From positions 716,506 to 780,505 of the forward strand of contig ML992508.1 in assembly GCA_010093995.1 (NCBI GenBank): a stretch of DNA of 64,000 nucleotides, in the 5' to 3' direction. Both the position numbers and the translations under genes were made by a program. The stretch comes from Elsinoe ampelina. Lineage: Eukaryota. The notes under the pieces were generated by a model, which made no database searches, was not told the origin of the DNA, and was given only the letters and a program-made list of their open reading frames with translations. This document shows positions 33,573 to 45,044 of the stretch, one piece after another; the stretch's first letter is position 1; the number at the start of each line of letters is the position of its first letter.

Positions 33573-35214
33573 TCAGTCTCTGATCGGTATCCGAATCCAG
33601 ACCTGCTCATCCAGCAGACTCGTTGTAGCCTCACTGACAGGCTGATCAACCTGCTCCTCCTTCTCCTCGTTCCCCTTCCCAACATCATCCAACTTCTCAG
33701 AGCCCTCCTTCTTTTCGTCCTGAAGGTTCTCCACCCCTGCCAGCTCCACTCCATCATCCCTCAACATCTCATTAATCAACCTCACATTCCCCTCCAACAA
33801 CTCCCTCCCATTCGCCGCCTTGCTAAACCTCTCCAACAACCAACTAAACAACACCCCAAAATCACTCTGACTGAAATGCCTACTCCCCACCGCATACCAC
33901 GCCCTCCCCGCCTCCACCTCCCCCCTCTTCGGCCTCAACAACCTCCTCACCTCCTCCAAATTCTGCTTCCACTTCCAAAACCCCTCACTCACAATCGCCA
34001 ACACCTTCCTCCCCCCCTCTCCCTCCTCCGTGAAAGCCGGTATCTCCCTCCCCCTCAACCCTCTCTGAAACGGGCTCAAAATCGGCATCATCCACGGATC
34101 CAAAAGCACCAATCTCGTCTCCCTACTCACCTGCCGCACCACCTCCCCATCCCGCACAGGAAACAACCCCTCACCCTTCTTCTGCTCCCCCGCCAACTCT
34201 TCCCGCCAGAACACGCTCTTCACGAACTGCACCACCGTCGCCGCCCCAAACGAGTGGCCAGCCCAGGTCACTCTCCCCGGCCGAAGATCCAGTCTCCCCT
34301 TGAACCTTGCCAGTACCTCGTCCCTCTCCCCTTTCGGCCCGGGATTCGGGTCGAGATTCCCCACTTGCTCCCCGCGGTGCACCCGTAGAAGCGAATCGTA
34401 AATGAGCCCCGCTTCCCAGCACCTAATCCGCAGCTGCCTGTCCCGAGCAGCGTAATTCTCCTCCGCCGCGGCGTAAGGGATGGTGATACTGGGGATGGTC
34501 TGAGCGGGGGAGGAGGGAGTGGCGCGCACGTGTGCCACGGGCGCGCTGCCGTCGCGGTGGGAAGGGGCGATGACGATTTGGCCGTGGGAGGAGAGGGAGG
34601 AGCAGAGGTGGGAGTAGAGGTTTCGGGAGCCGGCGAGGCCGTGGGAGAAGAGAGTTAGAGGGAAGAGGGACGGGGAAGGAGGGGAGGGGAGGAGTGGGGC
34701 GGAGCGGGTGGCGGGGAGGGAGATGTGGGATATCGGAGTTGGGAGGGCGCTGAGTGGGTGTTAGTCGGGAAGTGAGGGTGGTTTGAGAGAATCAGGGCTG
34801 GAGAGGAGGAAAAGAACAAAAGGGAGGCGGATATGGGTGCTGTTGGGGATCACGTGACAGATTTGATGGGATCGAGGCGGGAGGAGCAACAGGTTGAAGG
34901 AATTGAGGTACTCACGCTACGATCCCGGCAACCCTATCCCCTACTCCCATGTACTTTATGAAGCCCGCCAGATTCTCCCTCTGTGGCGACTGAATCCATC
35001 GCACCGGCCTGGCATAAGTAGTCGTTTTCTCGCAAGGATAGAAGATCCGATAAGCTACCGTCGCTGACGCACCGTCTGGTTTCGGGACAGGTGAGTGCAA
35101 GTCTTCGGCCGCGATCTCGACGTCGACGGTGCCGACTTGATATGGGCCTGGGAGTGGCGGGAATGAGGGGACCGGGCTGAGGCGGGAGAGGAAGGACATT
35201 AGGGGTTTACGCAT
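33573..35214 (-). CDS. PAF-acetylhydrolase family alpha/beta hydrolase
   Basis: GPYQVGTVDVEI, YRIFYP; intron 34750-34915; LFSHGLAGSRNLYSH...HRDGSAP; nucleophile GHSFG; LLDPW; HFSQSDFG. Confidence 0.9.
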
Positions 35215-35571
35215 GCGAATCTATGGAGATATTAGGAAGGAAAGGGACCGGACGCCGTGGAATGTACAGATGAGATTGTGCCGGGAAGATTGTGCCTGTG
35301 GAATTGTGAGTTGTGCAGAATCGGGTTGGCGGCGTGATGACGTTGGTAGTTCCAGATTTTGCCACGCACGTGCCTTCATCGGTGTGTTCACTTATCAGAA
35401 AACCGTGCATACTTGGTCACTTGTACCGGCTCATTACATTTCAAGATGCGTGTATAGTTCGTCATAATATCAACTATCCCTCTAGTCTATCATACAGTCT
35501 CTAGATGCAATTACTACAAAAGTACGACACTCGCTATACCCGTCCCAAACCCGCTGTAATGGAATCAACTC

Positions 35572-36753
35572 TTACACCTCCCTATCCAAACTCTGAGCCT
35601 TGCACATACCAGCATAAACCCCACCTCTCCTGCTCAACTCATCATGACTCCCCACCTCCACCACCTTACCTCTCACAGATACATATATCCTATCCGCTCC
35701 CCTGATCGTACTCAACCGATGCGCCACCGCAACCGTGATGCGCTCCCCTGACTCTGCAGCCTTATTCAACGCCCCTTGCACGACGCGCTCACTCTCCGTG
35801 TCAAGAGCAGAAGTCGCTTCGTCTAGTAGCAGGATGCGTGGGTTGCGCACGAGGGCACGAGCGATGGCGATGCGTTGTCTTTGGCCGCCTGAGAGGGAGA
35901 GGCCACGGTTGCCAACTTGTGTGTTCAGACCTTCGGGCAGGGAGGAGATGAACTCGGCGATATTGGCGTCGCGGCAGGCGGCGTTGATGTTTTCTTCGCT
36001 CATGTCAAGCTCGGTGGACTCAGTGGCGGAGCCGAGCGCGATGTTTTCGCGGATGGTACCTTGGTAAAGTGTTGGCTCTTGCTGGACGAGGGAGATGTCA
36101 GAACGGAAGAGACGAGGATTGAATGTAGAGACACTGGTAGCGTCGCGGTCGACTGAGCCCGAGGAAGGATCGTAGAAGCGCTCGAGGAGGGAGATCATGG
36201 TGGATTTCCCGGAACCTGAGCCGCCGACTAGAGCGATGAAGGAACCCTTCTTGGCGGATATGTCGATACCGCGGAGTACACGATCTTTCGGGCGAGTAGG
36301 GTAGGTGAACTCTGCTCTGCTGACACCGAGAGACTGGAGATCCTTGTCTGGGCCAAAGTTCGAGTTGCTAGACGTTTCGGCAACGATAGGTTTGATCGAA
36401 CGGAGCCACATGATGTAGTTGACTGCCCCAACGCCTTTTGTGATAGATGTGGCGTAAGTGAAGAACTGACCAGCTGCTTGACCTGAGAAGAAGACTGCGA
36501 CGAAGACGATGAAGAACTGCTTGACAGTGTACTCTCCAGTCGCCACAAGGCGGCACCCGTACCAGAACCCAAGAGCGAGAACGCCAAATTCGGCACTCTG
36601 CGAAAGAGCATACCAGAATGAGCTGTGAGCAATGAAAGGGGTGCTGTCCTTGAGAAGACCGTCGACCTTTTCGCCAAAGCGATCTAGCGTCTTGCCCTCC
36701 ATTGCCAGAGATGAAATAGTGCGAATGGCTGTTACTGCCTCACCTGCTAGCCC
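35572..36753 (-). pseudogene. 5'-truncated ABCB/MDR1-type transporter (end of TMD2 plus NBD2 only)
   Basis: LAGEAVTAIRTISSLA, two TM helices, Walker A GGSGSGKST, LSGGQRQRIAIARAL, LLLDEATSALD, VAHRLSTI. The frame is closed by TAA about 15 codons upstream and no TMD1/NBD1 lies upstream. Confidence 0.8.
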
Positions 36754-36861
36754 AGAATCGCAGGGCAGCTGCAGCCGAGAAGACAGCGTTACGATTTAAA
36801 AGCGCATCTTTGATGAAAAAGAAAGATCAACAAACAAATCACATTCACTCAGCCGCCCACT

Positions 36862-37188
36862 ATGGCGCCAACCAATACGGATCTCGAGTTCCTCAAGAAT
36901 CTCTGGGTCGACGCTCACGATAAAACGCAATCCACTCGTGCCGCGCTTAGACTGGCGACACGCGTCAGCGACGAAATGCAAAGCAAGAACTCGGTCGCTA
37001 CCTCATCAAATGATTTCGACAATGAAGCATTCGAGCAGAACGAGAAGAAAATTGCAAAGCTCCAGAAACAGCTCGAGGAACAGATCGTCTAGGAGGCAGG
37101 GCTCAAGCAGGATATCGAAAGTGAGTGCCCCGGGTTTCAAGGTTGGACAGACTAACACATCGTAGGCATGGGCGGTACTGTCCCATGA
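36862..37188 (+). pseudogene. Small coiled-coil protein gene with probable premature TAG (37090-37092)
   Basis: MAPTNTDLEFLKNLW...LQKQLEEQIV*EAGLKQDIE | canonical intron 37121-37165 (GTGAGT...ACTAAC...TAG) | SMGGTVP*. Confidence 0.5.
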
Positions 37189-37454
37189 GATCTTAAGGCT
37201 ACGGCTGCCACAGAAGCATGGTGGGTAAGGCAGTGAAATAGAAGAGACTAGAGCAAGAATTTTGCGGGCCAAGGAGAAAGTAGATCAGTATGCATACAGA
37301 GAATACGATATCGACCTAATCTATGGCTGTCATTTGTGCATAACGTGGTTCCAACTTCAAGGCAAGCTGTACCCTTTTGCGCACAGGTCTCGCCCTTTAA
37401 GCCGCCCTTTGGCTTTTCCCGTCTTGAAGCGTTGGTAATCCTCCCCTAGTAAAG

Positions 37455-38219
37455 TCAGCTATACGTTGTGCGTCTTATAGCTGCTGAATCAATCTTACTC
37501 CCTACCATGGACGTCCAGTGCGACTTTGCTGTTCCTAAGTCTCCCTGTTCGATGAGCCCTTGGCGTAAGAAGAACGGAAACTCGATCTTAGACCATAGAG
37601 CATGGAAGTCCTCGTTTCTGATAGTGCATTCATCGTACTTGATATAGAACTGAGCTAGCGATCTAGCAGATTCTTCACTCCGCCCAGGTTGTATTGTTCC
37701 ATTGCTTCTTAACATGTCGATATATCTCGGGATATAAGGCTCTATTCGTTCCTTACTTGGGTCACGGAAGATAATGGAAAAGTCGCTAAGATATCTCCCG
37801 AAGTCGAAGTTCTGTAATAGTTTTTGAAGGGCATCTACAGTATCGAAGTCGACTGGTAGATCAATAATCAGACTCTTTAGCACACTTGTGATTCCAGGTG
37901 GAAAGCGTAGAAGTGCAGCAGCGTAAGGCTCTACCGAGCATGGTTTGTCCGGAAGAGTAATAACGATTTCGACCGATCCGTAGAAGATAGTAAGCGCTTC
38001 ACTATACGTCGTCTTACAAGCCGTTGTAAGCGACCATATATAGGGATTGCGTTGGTCAGGATTGCGTTGGTTAGGCCCCCGTAGACGCCAGACTTGCTTT
38101 GTCGGTTCAATAGTACTTTGAGCCAGATAAAGACTATACTCGAATCGCTGCAAGGTCGCGATGCTTTTAAAGATAAGCATACGTATCTCTGGAGGGGCGG
38201 CTAGCAGATTGAAGACCAT
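37455..38219 (-). CDS. Hypothetical protein with N-terminal F-box-like motif
   Basis: MVFNLLAAPPEIRMLIF; LTTACKTTYSEALTIFY; lower GC and TpA-rich codons. Confidence 0.65.
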   Translation of the reverse strand: MVFNLLAAPPEIRMLIFKSIATLQRFEYSLYLAQSTIEPTKQVWRLRGPNQRNPDQRNPYIWSLTTACKTTYSEALTIFYGSVEIVITLPDKPCSVEPYAAALLRFPPGITSVLKSLIIDLPVDFDTVDALQKLLQNFDFGRYLSDFSIIFRDPSKERIEPYIPRYIDMLRSNGTIQPGRSEESARSLAQFYIKYDECTIRNEDFHALWSKIEFPFFLRQGLIEQGDLGTAKSHWTSMVGSKIDSAAIRRTTYS

Positions 38220-38849
38220 GATGTGTTATGAGTGACTGTGAGGAGGACGGAGAGGTGAATAGAACGAGAAAGGACCAGGATAGCCTAGTAAGAGAAAGGC
38301 TTTGGGAAAAGCAAGTTGTAAGTCTTACTGAAAACTTGACGACGCTTAAGTGAAATTTTGCTGCGGTGTCAATTTTGGTACACAACACGGACGAAAGCAA
38401 TTGACCGACGGGTCGTGGAAGCAGGACGTGCCAGCGATTATGAATCATGTTGGGTTTTACCTTCATCATTCTTCTATTACATGCCTTGATGTGGATGAGG
38501 CATTGGCGTCATTGGGTTCATCTGCATCGTCCCGCCCTCTATTCCCTCTAGGCCAAGCATATCAAACACCGACCTCCCGTCACCTAGCCAATTGCCAAGA
38601 AACATGCTCATGTCCGGGTGCTTTGATGTCCTGGAACAGCCAGGAAGCTGATGATCAGTGGGGAACGGCGACAGAGGTGCCGAAATGGGGCTCATTTCTT
38701 AGCCGCAACGGGAGTTTGTTCCTCTTTGCTTACTAAGCTTTGATGCTGCTTCATCCGCTTCATCGGAAGGCAAGTAATAGACCACATTTACAATATTCTA
38801 AGGGAGTACAATGCCCACCATCTAGCTCCATTGGTAGCTGGACCGGCTA

Positions 38850-40430
38850 GATATATATAGATATTTCTAAAGAGGTACCTCTAAGAGTGTAAGTTTCTTT
38901 AGTCTTAGCAGCTTTATAGAGTTATATTACTAACTATCTTATTACTTTAAGGCTTAATTATTCTATCAATTTTGAACTTAAAGGTGTTATTCTTATTTAG
39001 AGTAATTATTATAACCTTATACATCTCTATATTTCTTTCTTAGCTTCTTAAAAGCTACTAAACTATAGTACTTCCTTACCTTTTAGTTAAACTCCTTTAC
39101 TTCCTAGATAGCCTTAAGTCTTATATTAGTCTCTAACCTTATAGCTTTCTTCTAATTACGAACTATAAATATAAAGGCTTTAAGAGACTTCTTTTATTTA
39201 TAGTAGAGTATTTTATAAGGATTTAAATCTAGTAAAAAGGCTAGATAACTACTAAATTTAATACTAAGCTTCTTAATATAGTAGGCTATAATCTTTTAAG
39301 CCTTATAACAAATAGTGCTATTGTCTTTAATTACTACTATATAGCAGCTAGAGTTAGAGCCTTTAAGCTACTCTATATAAGGAAAGAGTAGCTTATTATA
39401 GACTTTAAAGGCATACTAGAGACTATTAAGTTTACGTACTTTAGCCTTAAAGTTGTTATATTTAAATAGCTATTCTAGCCTCTTCTTATAAGTCTTATAC
39501 TTAAAACTAGCTTTAGTATTACTCTTATTAACTTTATAGATATAGTATTAAAGAGCCTCTAGCTACTAGTACTCCTCTAAGTCCTTATTATAGATAGCTC
39601 GCTAGTGCTTCTTATCTATAAGCCGGCGGTTTATAGCGTTAATAACGGCTAGTTTACTCTTTAGATTGTACTACTTAACATTATTAAAGTTCTACACGAT
39701 ATAAGGCTATAGTATAGAGCAATTTTAAGCACTTATAGTAGCCTATTACTTATATATAAAGTTTAGTAAGATCTCTGTTCTAATTAGAGTTACTCCTTAA
39801 GGTATAGAGACTTATTTATTAGCTATACTACTAAAGGTCTACTTCTTTTTATTATAGATAATAAGAATAGCTTATTCTTTAATATATCTATAAAGCTTAC
39901 TACTATCCTTAGTGTATTTAAGTCGATGCTCTAGAGAATACTAACTAGGCTTCTTAATCTTATAATTGTAACTAATAGGCTTATTACTCTCTAGGTTGCT
40001 AGTGTAATAATCTAGATAGTCTTTAATATTAAAGACCTACTTCTTATAAAGCTTTAGAATGTTTATATCGAGTTCTTAGAGTACTTTATGCTTATTTATC
40101 TAGTTAGCGGAGATAACTAGATCCTAGCTACTATTTAGCTAGATAGTATTTTAAACTATAAAAGACTTAGCCGAGCCTAGCGTAATAAGTGGTTTTAGGC
40201 CTTATAGGCCTTTATTCTTTATATACTTTATTAATTTATATAATTTACTACTCTTAGCAGCCTTTAAAACCTTAGAGAATAGGCTTTAGAGAGTGTTCTT
40301 ATAGATTCTAAGGAGCTTCTCTACCTCTAAGATAGAGAGGCTAAGATTAAAGTAATAAGTAATTATAGTTTAATAGAGCTATAAAGAGAAGTCTTTACCA
40401 CGTCCTATAATCGTTTAAGCTTTAATAACA
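38850..40430 (-). mobile_element. RIP-degenerated Tc1/mariner (IS630-Tc1-mariner) DNA transposon; ends approximate
   Basis: Abruptly AT-rich, TpA-saturated block with almost no CpA/TpG and no ORFs. Minus strand about 39340-39190 reads VIKDN...KA*K...YLAFLLDLNPYK, which reverts by C>T/G>A reversal to EDN...KARK...HPAFSPDLNPCE. Confidence 0.8.
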
Positions 40431-40958
40431 CATTATTGATGGAGTAATGACTATATAGAGTTACGTGTGATGGAGTGGATAAGGAGGTAAACAACGCCAA
40501 GACCGAAGAAACTCGCACTCTCGGAGGTAGGAAGGGTGCCAAGCAATCGGGGTAATTCTGGCAGGAAATTGAGAGTCACCAAGTTTAAACATTTCCCACT
40601 TCAGGCACTTGCCACGTCGTCCAACAACACCGTTGCTATTGACGAGACTTGCAGTGATGTGAGACAACAAGGGTCGCAGTGGAGAAGGATGTGCAGAACA
40701 CCATGGGGTGCATCGCGGGCGCACGCATGGGGCTCACCGAACGAGCCGTTGGCGAACGATGTCTCGATAATCTGCCGCAAACGACTTTTGACATTAGTGT
40801 TATCACTGCACAGAATAGATTCCTGATAGTACAACGGGCATGAACGACCAAACACTGAGCACAGGTCCCATTTGCCGACCATGTTGTGCTCCTAAGAAGG
40901 TACAGTCCCGTCTCGAACACATTTCTGTCTGCAGACATAGAGAGTCACTATTATCAGC

Positions 40959-42930
40959 ATGAAATATTTCTTATTGGCTCCTTCACTCTCGAGTCTAGCC
41001 CTGGCAGCGGCATCGACAAAGTATGATTACGTTGTCGTGGGAAGTGGCGCTGGTGGCATTTTAGCTTCGCGTCTTGCTATAGCAGGACACAAGACTCTCC
41101 TTCTGGAAGCTGGAGACGATCAAGCTGGGAACCTTAACATCACAGTCCCTGGGTATCAAGGCCTTGTCACACAAGATCCAAAGATTCGCTGGGACGTATT
41201 CGTCAATCACTACAAGGACCAGACACGGGCAAAGAAGGATCCCAAATATGTCTACGAGACAGGCCCCTTCCAATACGTGACCAAGGCCGAATCAGGGAGC
41301 ATTCCCGAGGGGGCTAGCCCGAAAGGTATACTATATCCAAGAGCTGCTACTCTCGGTGGATGCATCACCCACAATGCTCTGATTTGGGTTGAGCCACACG
41401 TCTCGGACTGGGATAGGATCTCACAGTTGACCGGCGATGCAGCCTGGAATGGCTCCTTGATCCAACGAAAATATCTCGATAAGCTCTATACATGGCTTCC
41501 TACTGGACCAGCGGACACAGGTGTCACCCTCGGCGATTCCGCCATGGTTCAGCACTACGCCGCTGCTGCAGCCATGATGGGTGAAGTGCTTCCAAATAAC
41601 AAGAATGTTACCGAGGCACTGAATGCTACGCTACAGGCAGTCAATGTCAACTCCCCTTTGCCATCAAGAGATTCGACAGAAGGCATTTTCCAGATGCCCA
41701 TGACTCAGAAGAACGGTGCTCGATATGCAGTCCGAGACCTCATCGCAGCAACGGTCCAAGCTGGTTATCCATTGACAGTGCAGGGCAACACGCACGTCAC
41801 AAAGATTAAATTCAGCACGAAGAAGGGATCGAAGCCAAGAGCGGTAGGAGTTGACTTTCTCAAGGGGAAATATCTCTACCGTGCCAGTCCTGGTAGTGGC
41901 AAAGCAAAGGGCAAAGCGGGTTCCGTGCTTGCCGCAAAGGAAGTCATCATCGCAGGCGGTGCGTTCAACACGCCTCAGATACTGAAGCTCAGCGGCATTG
42001 GTCCAGCCAAAGAGCTTAAGAAGAAGAACATCAAAGTCGTCTCTGACCTTCCTGGTGTCGGTACCAACTTGCAAGATCGCTATGAGGTTTGTTCTTTGTC
42101 TGATGAACTCTGATGGAAAGGTGCTAATACGAATTCAGATCCCTGTCATCGTCAAGCATTCCAAGGTCTTCCCTGGTCTCGATGGCTGTACTTTCGATTC
42201 GAAGCCGCACGACGAGTGCCTCAAGACCTGGTTGGGCAACAGCAGTGTCATCAATGCCTCAGTGCCGCATTCAGGCGGCTACACCTCCAACGGGGTTGCC
42301 ATGACCATGACTTTCAACACCAATACCACTGACTCATCTGACATCGACCTTGTTGTCCTTGGAGGGCCCATCAAGTTTTTCGGCTACCTCCCCAACGGCG
42401 GTGATTTGACCGTGCGCAACCACGCCTACTTCACCTGGTCGGCTCTCCGAGCTCACTCAAACAACATGGCCGGCACTGTCGCTCTGCGAAGCACCGACCC
42501 ACTTGACCCACCTGTCATCAATTTCAACTACTTCGATACTGGCACCCAGGGTGGAGCATGGCAGAAAGACTTGGAAGCCTTGGTACAGAGCGTCAAGATC
42601 GGCAGGGAAGCGTTCAGCCGGTACCAAGACTACAATGCTTTGGGCGGCAGCAACTTTACCGAGATGCAGCCCGGTGTCGAGGTCCAGAGCGATGAGGACA
42701 TCGGAGAATACATCAAGGAGAACTCTTGGGGACACCACGCTTGCTGCACTGCGAGAATGGGTGCAAAGGGTGACAAGATGGCTGTTCTGGACTCCAAGTT
42801 CAGGGTACAGGGTGTGAGCGGATTGAGAGTTGTCGATGCCAGTGTGTTCCCGAAGATTCCTGGTATCTTCATACAGGCGCCTGTCATGATGATGGCGGAG
42901 AGGGCGGCGGATGTTATCCTTGGGAAATAG
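40959..42930 (+). CDS. Secreted GMC oxidoreductase (AA3-type)
   Basis: Signal peptide; YDYVVVGSGAGG; YPRAATLGGCITHNA; KEVIIAGGAFNTPQILKLSGIG; LPGVGTNLQDRYE | intron 42087-42138; WGHHACCT; GLRVVDASVFP. Confidence 0.92.
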
Positions 42931-43680
42931 GTTGGATGATCTTGTGCACTGACAGTGGAGACAAGATGACCATTGCACGGTGTGGTGTAGATTCTACACT
43001 CTGCACACTACAACATTATTTCTTAGCATGTATTACTTGTTTGTTTTAATTCGTACATAATATCTCTAATGTTTCCTTGTCGATCGTAGGAAGCAAAGTC
43101 AAAATCACATCAATATGCCTCATTATGACTTGTAATGACCTAGAATGTCTAGATTATCTTGTACATCAACTTTCCATACACAACATATAACAAAAATTGG
43201 ATTAAAAAGAATGCGGCTCAAGAACCGTGCCAGGCACTTGCAGCGACAAGCCGGACCGAGCCCGAGCAAGCCGGCTGAAGCCTTTCGATACGCTGCGCTT
43301 AAATCATCATCCTCGACTTCAATACTTTGTTTCAATCTACCGATGCGATCGCTGTTCAACACGCGGCCCTTGATTGCTAGCACTCCGTCGCCGACCCTGC
43401 TTACACGACATCGCGCACATAGACAATGGTCAGCACCGACCGACGCTAGACGTCGCCTCGCAAGACCGATCAATCGACCCTAAACCAAGTCCCTTACGAG
43501 CTCATGCCCAATTCGCAATCAATTCACCGATAGACGGAGCAGACACAACTCCGTCCTCCTTGCACTGGATCAGTCGCGGCTATCCTTCGCCCGTTCTGCA
43601 ATCGATACCGCCAGCCTGCCTTACTACCACCACCAACCCTCGACACCGCCGCGCCAAGTCCTTCAACAGGGCCCCTCAGC

Positions 43681-44607
43681 ATGTCCACCCGCCGCCGCTC
43701 ACCCCCTCCCTCGTCATCGCACTATGACTACCTCCTCAAGATCATCCTCCTCGGCCCCTCAGGATCCGGCAAAACCTCGCTCCTCCACCACTTCCTCCAC
43801 TCCTCCCCGCTCCTCCTCACCTCCCAAACCATCGGCGTCGAATTCGCCTCCAAAATCCTCGTCCTCGGCTCCGGATCCACAAAACGCCGCATCAAGCTCC
43901 AACTCTGGGACACCGCAGGCACAGAACGCTTCCGGTCCGTCTCCCGGTCCTACTACCGCGGTGCGGCAGGCGCAGTGCTAGTCTGGGACATCACGTCGCA
44001 GCGCTCCTTCGCCGAAGCGGAAACATTCCTGCGCGACGCCAGAGTCCTCGGCAGCCGCGGCCTCTCCGTCGTAGGGGTAGGGAACAAACTCGACGTGGCA
44101 GAAGGCCAGCACGACGACGACGACGAAGGAGACGGATTCGGCACAGTCACCAGCGCGACGCCCGCCTCGTACACCCCCAGCCTCTCCTCCCGCGGCAGCC
44201 GCTCCAGCTGGGCCTCCACCTCCCCACCCCCGGCTTTGCAGCGCGAAGTCCCCCTCCCCTCGGCCCTCTCCTGGGCAGCGCAGGCGCAGATCCCCGTCGT
44301 GCTCGAAACCAGCGCCGTGACGGGCGAAGGCGTGCAAGAAGTCTTCGAACGTCTAGCGAGGATGGTGTTGACGAAGATTGAGCTGGGGGAGGTGAACCCC
44401 GACGATCCGAACAGCGGGATACAGTATGGTGATTCGGGAGGGTGGGGCATCGACGCGGATGATGGGCGGAGTTTGAAAAGTGGGTTGACCGTTGAGGATG
44501 GCGGGAGTTTGGTGGGGTATAGTGGGCAGAGGATTAGGGGCCGGAGAGGAGGGGGCAAGGGGGTGCGGTTGGGGGGTTGGGTGCCGGGGAGAGGGGGGTG
44601 TTGTTGA
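43681..44607 (+). CDS. RAB4: Rab4-like small GTPase
   Basis: YDYLLKIILLGPSGSGKT, TIGVEF, LWDTAGTERFRSVSRSYYRGAAG, GNKLD, ETSA, IELGEVNPDDPNSGIQYGD, C-terminal CC. Confidence 0.88.
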   Translation: MSTRRRSPPPSSSHYDYLLKIILLGPSGSGKTSLLHHFLHSSPLLLTSQTIGVEFASKILVLGSGSTKRRIKLQLWDTAGTERFRSVSRSYYRGAAGAVLVWDITSQRSFAEAETFLRDARVLGSRGLSVVGVGNKLDVAEGQHDDDDEGDGFGTVTSATPASYTPSLSSRGSRSSWASTSPPPALQREVPLPSALSWAAQAQIPVVLETSAVTGEGVQEVFERLARMVLTKIELGEVNPDDPNSGIQYGDSGGWGIDADDGRSLKSGLTVEDGGSLVGYSGQRIRGRRGGGKGVRLGGWVPGRGGCC

Positions 44608-45044
44608 TGTTGACTTGGGAATGGACGGGATGAGGAGAGGGGAGGGTGTACTCGAGAGGAAGGAGGGTGGGATGTACAAGAGAAGAGGGAGGAAGCTAGA
44701 GGGGAAGAGTTGGATCTACTTGTCATTTGTCTTTTTGTTTTGGATATGGATACCCCTACAGCATTACTTTCCATTTGTCGAGCATGGCGCGGGAGGACAC
44801 AGCACTACATAGCGAGGACGGGTAATGACCAGGATGGCAGACAGGTATCGATGCAGAACTGCACTAATTCATGACCAACACCAGACCGCCTGTGAATGTT
44901 CTCCACATGTGTATTCTGTACACTCATCCACTCCCACTAATTGCACGCGAGTGCTTGCTACGATCTATATCATGGGTATCATAAACATTACTCCCCCCAC
45001 CTCCTCACCCTCGCCACTCTTCCCCCCACCTTCCGCCCTCTCGT

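Noticed and set aside
43905..43935. Rab switch II DTAGT instead of DTAGQ
   Set aside because: As recalled, this substitution is usual in fungal Rab4 proteins
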